Origin: a virus | IMG/VR virus record: IMGVR_UViG_3300000059_000319 | Span: 6,592 to 70,591 of that record | Strand: one strand, 5' to 3' | DNA length: 64,000 bases | Shown: positions 9,446-17,477 of the stretch, piece by piece | How positions within the stretch are numbered: position 1 is the first letter of the stretch | How the letters are laid out: every line of letters begins with the position of its first letter | Made by a program: the position numbers and the translations under genes | Notes under the pieces: generated by a model | Databases searched by the model: none | What the model saw: the letters and a program-made list of their open reading frames with translations, nothing else | What the model was told of the DNA's origin: nothing

Positions 9446-9906
9446 TGAAATTAACTTTAAATCGAATTTACAAAGGTGAAACTTATACTATTGGTAGATT
9501 GTATATAGATGGTGAATATTTTTGTGACACCATAGAAGATACTGACAGGGGATTGAATGATAATATGTTAGTTGAAGAAATAAAGAAAATTAAGAAAGCA
9601 GGGGTTACAGCTATTCCAACAGGTATATATAAAATAGTTATGAATGTGATATCACCTAAATATTCACAGGTGAAATATCAAAAACAATATGGTTATATAA
9701 ATGGGAAATTACCAAGATTGGTGAATGTAAAAGGTTATGATGGTATTCTGATTCATATTGGTAATACAGCAAAAGATACTGATGGTTGTATTCTTGTTGG
9801 TGAGAATAAAGTAAAAGGTCAGGTTATTAATTCAACTGATACATTTAAGAGATTATACAAGAAGTTGGAAGAAGCGAAAGATGAAATTACTATTGAAATT
9901 AAATGA
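9445..9906 (+). CDS. Endolysin, DUF5675 (YkuD/L,D-transpeptidase-like His...Cys motif)
   Basis: TIGRLYIDGEYFCDTIED and GILIHIGNT..DT.GCILVG; homologue 46255..46710. Confidence 0.8.
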   Translation: MKLTLNRIYKGETYTIGRLYIDGEYFCDTIEDTDRGLNDNMLVEEIKKIKKAGVTAIPTGIYKIVMNVISPKYSQVKYQKQYGYINGKLPRLVNVKGYDGILIHIGNTAKDTDGCILVGENKVKGQVINSTDTFKRLYKKLEEAKDEITIEIK

Positions 9907-9952
9907 AAAAGTTTATCTATATTTAAAAAGTTAAACATTTAAATGTACGATT

Positions 9953-10300
9953 ATGTTTGAAACAAGTGAAGTACTTATGACCTATCTGAATGAACATAGA
10001 TTTATGTTAGGTAGTATTTCAAAAAATTTTAATGGAGATGGGGATTATTGGATTATATGGGGAAATCCAATACATGTATTGGTTAATGTTACCTCAAAAT
10101 CAATTGTAGAACTACAACTCCAATATTTTAAATCTGATGATGAAAATGTAGTATCTTTTTCTTCTTTTCCTCTTTCATCATTAAATAATGACAATATTGA
10201 AAGTCTTATGAAAAATGAATGGAGTAATTTAATTAATGAAGATTTGAAACCTTATGAGAATGAAATATTAAAAGTATATTCTAAACATACACTAATTTAA
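9953..10300 (+). CDS. Hypothetical protein (variable slot after lysin), A only
   Basis: 115-aa ORF, no homologue in B. Confidence 0.55.
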   Translation: MFETSEVLMTYLNEHRFMLGSISKNFNGDGDYWIIWGNPIHVLVNVTSKSIVELQLQYFKSDDENVVSFSSFPLSSLNNDNIESLMKNEWSNLINEDLKPYENEILKVYSKHTLI

Positions 10301-10302
10301 TT

Positions 10303-10497
10303 ATGGGACTAATACACACTATAATACAAGATGGAATAAAAGCAAAAAAGACAAATCAAGAAATAATTGATGATGTTGATAAAGAATATGGTATCACAGG
10401 CTATGATATGATAGAAGTAAAAAGAACGATTGAAGATTGGAGAAAAGATTTAAATATAGATGACCCTGATGGAGAATCTACACATTTCTTTGATTAA
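10303..10497 (+). CDS. Small hypothetical protein, A only
   Basis: 64-aa ORF followed by terminator 10524-10560. Confidence 0.5.
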   Translation: MGLIHTIIQDGIKAKKTNQEIIDDVDKEYGITGYDMIEVKRTIEDWRKDLNIDDPDGESTHFFD

Positions 10498-10599
10498 ACA
10501 ATATCTGTAAATTTATATATTAAAAGGTTGGAATGAAATTAAGTAATTCCAACTTTTTTTATTTTTAAAACCTCTGTAACCCTTTACTGATAATACTTT

Positions 10600-10860
10600 C
10601 AAGAAGAGGGGGTGGTTCTACTCAGAACTACATAATATTTAATTTTGGAAGTTTATTTTTATTAAGTAGACCACAGGGTAGTTCAATAAATGAACAAGGG
10701 GGTAGTTCAATTTTTTACCTACATTAAATAACTATAATAATAAATAAATATATATTATAATATTAATAATAATTATAAATAGAATTTATTATAATAATAG
10801 GAAAAAATTTGCTTTTTGCACAGCAAATTTGTTAACAAAAAGTTGGAATTGTTAATTGAT
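10600..10860. other. Putative replication origin of prophage A
   Basis: GGGTRGTTC repeats at 10610, 10676 and 10700 plus inverted GAACTAC at 10625, then a nearly pure AT tract ~10725-10800, upstream of the wHTH initiator. Confidence 0.45.
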
Positions 10861-11101
10861 ATTAGTATATTTGTTAATGTAGGGTGGTGCAATTCCAACT
10901 ATGTCTTAACTCTTAATTCCCTTCAACCTCGAAGTGGTGATGTCAAGACCCTAGAATAATTACAAAGAATATTTAATGTTATTAAACCATATTGGGTTGA
11001 TTTCGCAGAATCAACTTAGATAGGTTGACTTAACAGTTTCACAAGGCTGTTTTTGAAGAAACAGCTACATAGGGTTGTTTAATTAAATTAAGTTGAAGAA
11101 G

Positions 11102-11248
11102 ATGAGTAAAATTAATAGAAAATTCCAAGAGGAAATAGATTATGTACCATATACTGAATTATGTAATGATAATCTTCCAACAGATGAAGATTATGTCTTA
11201 TATGCAGAAATGATGAAAGAAATAGAAATTGAAGAATTTTATAGGTAA
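11102..11248 (+). CDS. Small acidic protein (48 aa), not in ORF track
   Basis: MSKINRKFQEEIDYVPYTELCNDNLPTDEDY...; conserved with 48537..48698. Confidence 0.75.
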   Translation: MSKINRKFQEEIDYVPYTELCNDNLPTDEDYVLYAEMMKEIEIEEFYR

Positions 11249-11419
11249 TAAAAAAAATGAAAAAATATTTTACCAAAATGCTAATTTTTGGACTTGGTGA
11301 CATATTTATATATAAAGGATGATGATTAAATGGTGTAGGTTATTTTTTTGGTTTACTTCCCACACCACATCTTCCAAAAAATAAACCAAAGAAAAATAAA
11401 AAGTAATAGTAAAATCAAA

Positions 11420-12538
11420 ATGAAAACAACAAATGACCAACAAACGATTAAAAGATATAGAACATATGTGGCTAATAACCTAACTGTTATCAAAGATAAT
11501 GCACTATATAAGGTATTGGTGAAATTATTAAGCCTTCAAATGAAGGAAGTAAATAAAGCAGTTAAGAATAATCTACCAACAGATAATATATCATTCCAAT
11601 ATTCATTAAATGAATTTCGTTTGGACTTGCAAATGGGCAAAGCTACAATTGTAAAAAAAATGAATAAACTTGAAGAAGTTGGATTGCTGACAATTGACAA
11701 ATCCAAGAATGAAAAAGATGCTTATAACAAGAACACATACCAATTAAACATTAGCAAATTGGAAGAAATTGAAGATACATTAAATGGTATGAGAAGATTA
11801 GAACGTATAGAATACATCAATCAACTATTTGGTTGTATAACAAGCAAAGGATTACAAAAAATAAAAGAAGAAAGATTAAGTAAAATAGAAGAACAAAAAG
11901 ATATGATTATTAACACCCAATCAGGTATAGAAATACAGCCATCAGAGATAAATAATACCCCAACAGGTATTGATGATAATGAAGAATTATTCCCATGGGA
12001 AGAACAAATTGAAAAGATTGAAATAGCTGCATCAGTACAATATCCAACAGAATATGGTATAAAAGGTGATACATTATTAACAACAACATTACCAACTGTA
12101 CAATTTGATAATATTGAATATCCTGATGTCGATGTTGATATTGAAGATATTAAGATATTTAATATGGAATCAATTGTTACAGAAGTTGCAACAGTTGAAG
12201 ATGATGAATTTACAGGTGAATTATTATTTAAAGATTGGACACCAATAGCAGAAGAAGTAAAAAAAGAGATACCCCAACTTAATTTAATTAAAGAATTGGA
12301 TGATTTGGATATTAATGTAACTCCTGAAAAAATGGAAGTGATTAAATTTAAACTAACATCAACAGATATATATGATTTAACCAAATCAATAGAATGGTTA
12401 TTAAACCACTATAATTCACCAATTAAGCAACCATTTAGAGATAAAATGGAATTTAATTCAATATCAGCAATTACTTCATTCTTAATAGATAAGGGTAGAC
12501 AAATATCAAAGATGAAAAAGCAATTTTTATATCAATAA
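11420..12538 (+). CDS. Winged-HTH replication initiator-like protein
   Basis: SLNEFRLDLQMGKATIVKKMNKLEEVGLL...NTYQLN wHTH pattern; syntenic with 48785..49678. Confidence 0.55.
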   Translation: MKTTNDQQTIKRYRTYVANNLTVIKDNALYKVLVKLLSLQMKEVNKAVKNNLPTDNISFQYSLNEFRLDLQMGKATIVKKMNKLEEVGLLTIDKSKNEKDAYNKNTYQLNISKLEEIEDTLNGMRRLERIEYINQLFGCITSKGLQKIKEERLSKIEEQKDMIINTQSGIEIQPSEINNTPTGIDDNEELFPWEEQIEKIEIAASVQYPTEYGIKGDTLLTTTLPTVQFDNIEYPDVDVDIEDIKIFNMESIVTEVATVEDDEFTGELLFKDWTPIAEEVKKEIPQLNLIKELDDLDINVTPEKMEVIKFKLTSTDIYDLTKSIEWLLNHYNSPIKQPFRDKMEFNSISAITSFLIDKGRQISKMKKQFLYQ

Positions 12539-12556
12539 AAAATAAATTAAGCCAAA

Positions 12557-12730
12557 ATGAAAACAACAACAAAGACACAAAAGATACTGATGATATTAAT
12601 TGGTGCATTCCTTTTAATTGGAATCAAAAACGAATATCAGGATTATAAAAACAATAAGAGAATGGAAGTACAAATTGAAGATGAAGTACATTCCAACATA
12701 ATAAAAAATTATATTAGTAAAATTAAATGA
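12557..12730 (+). CDS. Small membrane protein (57 aa), not in ORF track
   Basis: MKTTTKTQKILMILIGAFLLIGIK...; ATGA overlap with the next gene. Confidence 0.55.
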   Translation: MKTTTKTQKILMILIGAFLLIGIKNEYQDYKNNKRMEVQIEDEVHSNIIKNYISKIK

Positions 12731-13062
12731 ATAGATATAAGATAGATATACCACTTCAAGACCTTATATATTATTTGATGGACTTGAAAAGAAGAACACA
12801 AACATCATACACATCAACAGATGTAAAAAATGCTATGAAACCAACAGGTCAAAATATAAGAATTGAATTAAGTAAATTCTTATTACCTGCACTTCTTGAT
12901 ACTGAATCCTGTTGGACTGATGCAGATAAAGAATTTATCTTATCCAACTACACAGTTGAAGATGTATATGATGAAGATAATATATTGTTAGGGATAAGAT
13001 ATCAATATATGGCAAGATTCATAAAAGCATTTGAAGAAGTATTAGATGAGGTTAGAGATTAA
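12727..13062 (+). CDS. Conserved hypothetical protein
   Basis: Homologue 51457..51810 (YYLMDL.RRTQTSY.STDVKN). Confidence 0.75.
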   Translation: MNRYKIDIPLQDLIYYLMDLKRRTQTSYTSTDVKNAMKPTGQNIRIELSKFLLPALLDTESCWTDADKEFILSNYTVEDVYDEDNILLGIRYQYMARFIKAFEEVLDEVRD

Positions 13063-13132
13063 TTAAATAATAAATAAAGTTCGCACCACTTATAAGTGCA
13101 AAAAATCTTTTAAAATTTTTTATTCATTTGTT

Positions 13133-13170
13133 GGTGCTGATGGTCTGTGAAGATAGTCAGCACTTTTTTA
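13133..13170 (+). terminator. Intrinsic terminator (B counterpart ~52726-52763)
   Basis: GTGCTGA...TCAGCAC + T run directly before the late motif. Confidence 0.7.
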
Positions 13171-13201
13171 TTACCTCAAATCTTTATAATAAAGAATAAA
13201 G

Positions 13202-13648
13202 ATGGACACACAAGATATAATACAAATTACGCATGATGCTATCAATATGTTATCAACACCTGTTAGTATTGATGAATTAAATTCAGTAATAGAATTTAAA
13301 GAATGGATTCAAGACCAAAAATTACCATCTAAGATTAACACCATTAGGTTCAGCCCTATCTATATGGTTGACTTATTTTCATCATTTGACCTATCTGAAT
13401 TTAAAGAAAAAGAAGAAAAGGAATATACAACAGAAGAATATATAAATCAGGTTATGAACTATATTGGATATACTTCAATATATGATTTGACCAAAAAAAA
13501 ACATCCAAAACATAATCCTGATATTACATCACCATGTGTGTGGTTTGATAGTCAAACATCTGCTTATCTGATAATTGGAGAGATAGTATATAAGTTCAAC
13601 CCAACAACAGGTAAAATAAATACAAAAATAACTCATTTTTTTAGCTAA
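13202..13648 (+). CDS. Conserved hypothetical protein behind late-type promoter
   Basis: Homologue 52802..53254; motif at 13179. Confidence 0.7.
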   Translation: MDTQDIIQITHDAINMLSTPVSIDELNSVIEFKEWIQDQKLPSKINTIRFSPIYMVDLFSSFDLSEFKEKEEKEYTTEEYINQVMNYIGYTSIYDLTKKKHPKHNPDITSPCVWFDSQTSAYLIIGEIVYKFNPTTGKINTKITHFFS

Positions 13649-13694
13649 TTATTTACATTTTTTAACATTTCTATATATTTATATATAAAGAGAA

Positions 13695-14249
13695 ATGATG
13701 AAAAACACAACAAAAGAATTAACAGAAAAACAAAAAGAAAGACTTAGACAATTCAACGACTATTGGGGTAAAAAAGTAGTCAAATCATTTTTGATAGATA
13801 ATGGTGTTGATGAAAATACCATCTATGATACTAAGAAATATGATTGCTGTGACTTGATTGTAGAAATGAGTGGTACAATCCACATTATTGAAATCAAAAA
13901 TAGATGGACACCACCAAAATATTATAGACAATTAGAATCATATGCAATTCAAGATGTTAAATATGATAAACTTATACAACGAGCAAAAGATATTGAAGTA
14001 GCACACAACAAAAGATGCAAAATATGGTATATCAATATGTCTCAACACAATATGTTAGTACATGATATAACTGATATAGATATTAGCAAACTTGAAATTC
14101 AACCAAGATGGACAAATAAACAGCACAATTCAGAAGATAAGGAATTACATAATTATTATCAACTGCAGGTGGATGCACCATATACCAAAACCCATCCTAT
14201 CAATAATGGACTAAAAGAAGAAAGGGGATTATTTTATGGAAGCTTCTAA
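13695..14249 (+). CDS. PD-(D/E)XK nuclease-like protein
   Basis: YDCCDLIVE...HIIEIKNR (D...E.K motif); homologue 53365..53895. Confidence 0.65.
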   Translation: MMKNTTKELTEKQKERLRQFNDYWGKKVVKSFLIDNGVDENTIYDTKKYDCCDLIVEMSGTIHIIEIKNRWTPPKYYRQLESYAIQDVKYDKLIQRAKDIEVAHNKRCKIWYINMSQHNMLVHDITDIDISKLEIQPRWTNKQHNSEDKELHNYYQLQVDAPYTKTHPINNGLKEERGLFYGSF

Positions 14250-14847
14250 TAATGCAAGTGAATTTTTAGAATTTATATCTGATAACTATGATATGTTGGT
14301 TGATAGCTTAATGAAGAATGGCACATATGATGAAGATGTATTTCAAGATACTATTTGTAAATGCCATGATAACATCGTGAAAAACAATAAAATAATACAA
14401 TCACATAAAGATTTCTTCTTTTGGTGTGCAAGAAATAATTATATAATGTATACCAACAAACAAAGAAATTCAGAGAAAACTAATTTGAGAACCTTTATTG
14501 ATGAAGTTGAAAGTGAAACATTTAATGAGGGACATCAGAATAAGACAGATGTGAAAGATTATCTAATGTTTTTACAGGATGACAGGGATATGGAAGGTTT
14601 TAGACAAGGTATTGATGAATTATTTATAATTATTAATAATAGAATTGAAGGGTTCTTCACACCAAAAGAATGTATGATTTATATCTTTTACATGAAATTA
14701 AAATCTCATAATAAATTAACCTATAAAAAGCTAAGTGAGATACTTGGAATATCCATATCAGTAATATCCAATACCATTAATAAGGTTAATGATTTTGTAA
14801 GAAATGATGAAAAAATAATTGAAGAAAAAAATAAATTATATGAGTGA
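14236..14847 (+). CDS. Phage sigma-70/ECF-like RNA polymerase sigma factor
   Basis: Region 2-like EDVFQDT...FFFWCARNNY and region 4 HTH TYKKLSEILGISISVISNTINKV; homologue 53885..54517. Confidence 0.7.
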   Translation: MEASNNASEFLEFISDNYDMLVDSLMKNGTYDEDVFQDTICKCHDNIVKNNKIIQSHKDFFFWCARNNYIMYTNKQRNSEKTNLRTFIDEVESETFNEGHQNKTDVKDYLMFLQDDRDMEGFRQGIDELFIIINNRIEGFFTPKECMIYIFYMKLKSHNKLTYKKLSEILGISISVISNTINKVNDFVRNDEKIIEEKNKLYE

Positions 14848-15142
14848 ATTAATACCCACATTTGGTCAATTTTGGTTGGTTGTTGTAATAGGTATCATAA
14901 CATATATATTAACCTTTATTACCACTCATTCAAGACAATATAATTTAGCACAGATAGAGATGTTAAACCATAAACCATTCACATGTTGGTTATGCTCCTA
15001 TGCATGGATTAATTCATTTATATCATTAAATCTTGCATTTATTAATCCTATGTATTTATTGTGGTGTGGGATTGTGACAGGTATAGGAATATTCATAATA
15101 TATAAAAGAAATAAAGAGATTGAAAAAGAGAGAAAAAAATGA
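14840..15142 (+). CDS. Membrane protein with KPFTCxxC motif (DUF1360-like)
   Basis: Hydrophobic segments, HKPFTCWLC; homologue 54510..54827. Confidence 0.65.
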   Translation: MSELIPTFGQFWLVVVIGIITYILTFITTHSRQYNLAQIEMLNHKPFTCWLCSYAWINSFISLNLAFINPMYLLWCGIVTGIGIFIIYKRNKEIEKERKK

Positions 15143-15468
15143 GATTTAATGAATTAAAAGAGAAATATTATAAGGATATAAATGAGAAGTTGGAAGAAAT
15201 AACCATGTTATCCATTCTGGAATATGCTGATATAAAGAATTATAAGATTGATTTATTCAAGATTCAAATGATATTAAATTTTGTGTGGCTTGGAATCATA
15301 GGGTTTATATCACTATTATTCAACTTAATAATAAGTAATAGAATAATAGATATAGTATTTATTATCATGCTGTTATCAGGATTTGGTTTTATCCAAATAG
15401 CTAAGAATAGATTGATTAAAAAATATATAGAAATAAAAAATAAGATAACAAAAAACATAAAATTATGA
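15139..15468 (+). CDS. Two-TM hypothetical protein
   Basis: Two hydrophobic segments; positional counterpart 54790..55098. Confidence 0.55.
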   Translation: MRFNELKEKYYKDINEKLEEITMLSILEYADIKNYKIDLFKIQMILNFVWLGIIGFISLLFNLIISNRIIDIVFIIMLLSGFGFIQIAKNRLIKKYIEIKNKITKNIKL

Positions 15469-15887
15469 ATTTAATAGATGCAGAAAGAAAAATAAGTGTA
15501 AGTAAATCACATAATTACACAAAAGAAAAAGTATTAATAGCAGAAGAATATTTATCAAAAAATAGTGGGTATTCAAGAAATATAAATGTAGATGAATTAA
15601 TTAGAATATATAATACTATTAAAGGTGTTAATGTTGATGCAGGTGCTTGCAAATCCTGTGGAATTGAAAAATATTTAATTGGAATTAAGAATTATGTTAA
15701 ATATGGTAGAATGGTATTATTGAATGAGAATCCTCATGTATTTGATGATGTTGAAGATATTAAAGAAGAACCTATAATTGAAGATAATACTGAAAGAATT
15801 ATAACAGGAATAGAAGAAGAAACACCTGTTGAAGATAATAAAGAGGTTATAACAAAAAAGTCTAATGCAAAAAGTAAAAATAAATGA
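15465..15887 (+). CDS. Conserved hypothetical protein with CxxC (GACKSCG)
   Basis: Homologue 55095..55523. Confidence 0.7.
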   Translation: MNLIDAERKISVSKSHNYTKEKVLIAEEYLSKNSGYSRNINVDELIRIYNTIKGVNVDAGACKSCGIEKYLIGIKNYVKYGRMVLLNENPHVFDDVEDIKEEPIIEDNTERIITGIEEETPVEDNKEVITKKSNAKSKNK

Positions 15888-16667
15888 TATTGAATATAAT
15901 ATACCAACATCTTGGGATGATATCAACTTTGGACAATATTGTGAGGTTTTCTATGATTTAGATAATAATCCTGATAACCTTGATAATATCAACATTAAAA
16001 ATGAAATAAAAGTGTTATCAAGATTAATTGGAATTAATGAAGATGATATATTAAATGCACCTGTTGACTTTTATAATAAACTAAGAGATTTGGTGAAATT
16101 CATATATGAACGTGAATCATTCTATTACCAAGATATTGATAATAGTATTGAAATTGATGGTGTTGAATATCGAATACCATCTAATGAAGAGTTATCATTA
16201 AGACAGCATATTGATGTGGATATTACTACAAACGAGCCATCAAGCCCAACAAAATTTATTGAATTATTAGCTATTATGTTAATTCCAATTGGAAAATCAT
16301 ATGTAGATGCTGTTGGTGATAGAGAGCAATTAATGGAGAAGATAAAAAAATTACCATGTCCTAAATGTTTTAGATTATTAGGTTTTTTTTTGCTCAAAGA
16401 AAATTTATTGAAAGAGATTACAACCACCTATACACAGGTACAGGACCAGGTAAACCAATTAGTAAACAATATGGAGACTTCATCAGAAATTGGAATTGGA
16501 AACATATCGTAAGTACCTTATCACAAGGTGACATACTAAGGGAAGAATTGATATTAAATCAGTTAGCGACAGATGTACTATCACATATGCTATACCTGAA
16601 TCAAAAAACACAAGCAGAAGAAGCACAACGAGAATATGAAAAACAATTAAATAAAAATAGAAAATGA
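15865..16667 (+). CDS. Tail assembly chaperone: G form ends 16512; GT form by -1 frameshift ends 16667
   Basis: GGT TTT TTT TTG at 16381-16392; -1 frame open to TGA 16665-16667 and conserved in B. Confidence 0.8.
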
Positions 16668-16918
16668 AGATATTAAAATTTTATGCTGATTGGTGTCAAC
16701 CATGCAAAACTATGATACCAATATTTTTAAGAATTAAAGAAGAATTAAAAGTTGAAGTGATAGATGTAAATGTTGAAGATAATAATGATATGTGTGTGGA
16801 TTACAATATTAAAGGTGTACCAACACTTATTATATTAGATGATGATGAAAAAGAAGTGAATAGATATGTAGGTTCGACAACCTATGAAAGAATTAAAGAA
16901 TTGATTGAAGCCACCTGA
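16664..16918 (+). CDS. Thioredoxin-like protein, A only
   Basis: KFYADWCQPCK active site, IKGVPT cis-Pro loop. Confidence 0.9.
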   Translation: MKILKFYADWCQPCKTMIPIFLRIKEELKVEVIDVNVEDNNDMCVDYNIKGVPTLIILDDDEKEVNRYVGSTTYERIKELIEAT

Positions 16919-16970
16919 TAAGGTGGTTTTTTCATTTAATAAATCTTTATTAAAAAGATACTATATATAC

Positions 16971-17477
16971 ATGGCAAGGACAAAAGCAACAACAAAAGAG
17001 CTTGAATTAATGGCTGAATATGATGGTCAGTTATCAAGGAATGAAATAATACCCATCTTGGAAGAAGATAAGGTGTTGTTTGCTTCTAATGCCATATTAT
17101 CCAACACCTATCCAAATGCTGTTAAAGCCATACGAAAGGAATTTCAAATATCAAAAGACCAAGCTGAAAAATTAATAGCAAAAGCAAAAATTGAACAATC
17201 ATATGTAAACTCTATGCGTGGTGGTATTGAAGAACAAATAAATGATTTAGTATCAAGATTCGAATATAACCACCAACGTGCATTAGCTAATAATGATATT
17301 AAAGCTGCTAATCAATCGCTTGCAGAAATAGGGCGTTTAAAACAATTATATATCCATAAATATGAAGTAGAAATTACAACTAAGGTATTTGACCTTAGTT
17401 GGGGTACTGCTAATGTAACAGATGTAGATTATATAGAAGTACCAAATAATAATGAAGATGAAGATGTCACATTTTAA
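16971..17477 (+). CDS. terS: Terminase small subunit (likely start MARTK)
   Basis: Directly upstream of TerL; homologue 56369..56881 starts MARTK; track start 16905 lies in a terminator. Confidence 0.65.
   Translation: MARTKATTKELELMAEYDGQLSRNEIIPILEEDKVLFASNAILSNTYPNAVKAIRKEFQISKDQAEKLIAKAKIEQSYVNSMRGGIEEQINDLVSRFEYNHQRALANNDIKAANQSLAEIGRLKQLYIHKYEVEITTKVFDLSWGTANVTDVDYIEVPNNNEDEDVTF

Noticed and set aside
10841-10900. Bacteroides-type invertible promoter
   Set aside because: Only 38 bp lie between the repeats, probably too short for recombinase inversion, and no dedicated invertase is nearby; kept as an operator candidate.
10875-10905. tRNA gene suggested by T-loop-like GGTGCAATTCC
   Set aside because: No acceptor stem, D-arm or anticodon arm could be built; better explained as part of an inverted repeat or leader.
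13087-13098. Perfect 12-bp palindrome CACTTATAAGTG
   Set aside because: Single copy, not conserved at the equivalent B position; could arise by chance in AT-rich DNA.
16905-16970. Track N-terminal extensions (2876, 11348, 16905, 31741, 52733)
   Set aside because: The extensions run through terminators or promoter motifs, and the homologues in the other unit start at the downstream ATG.
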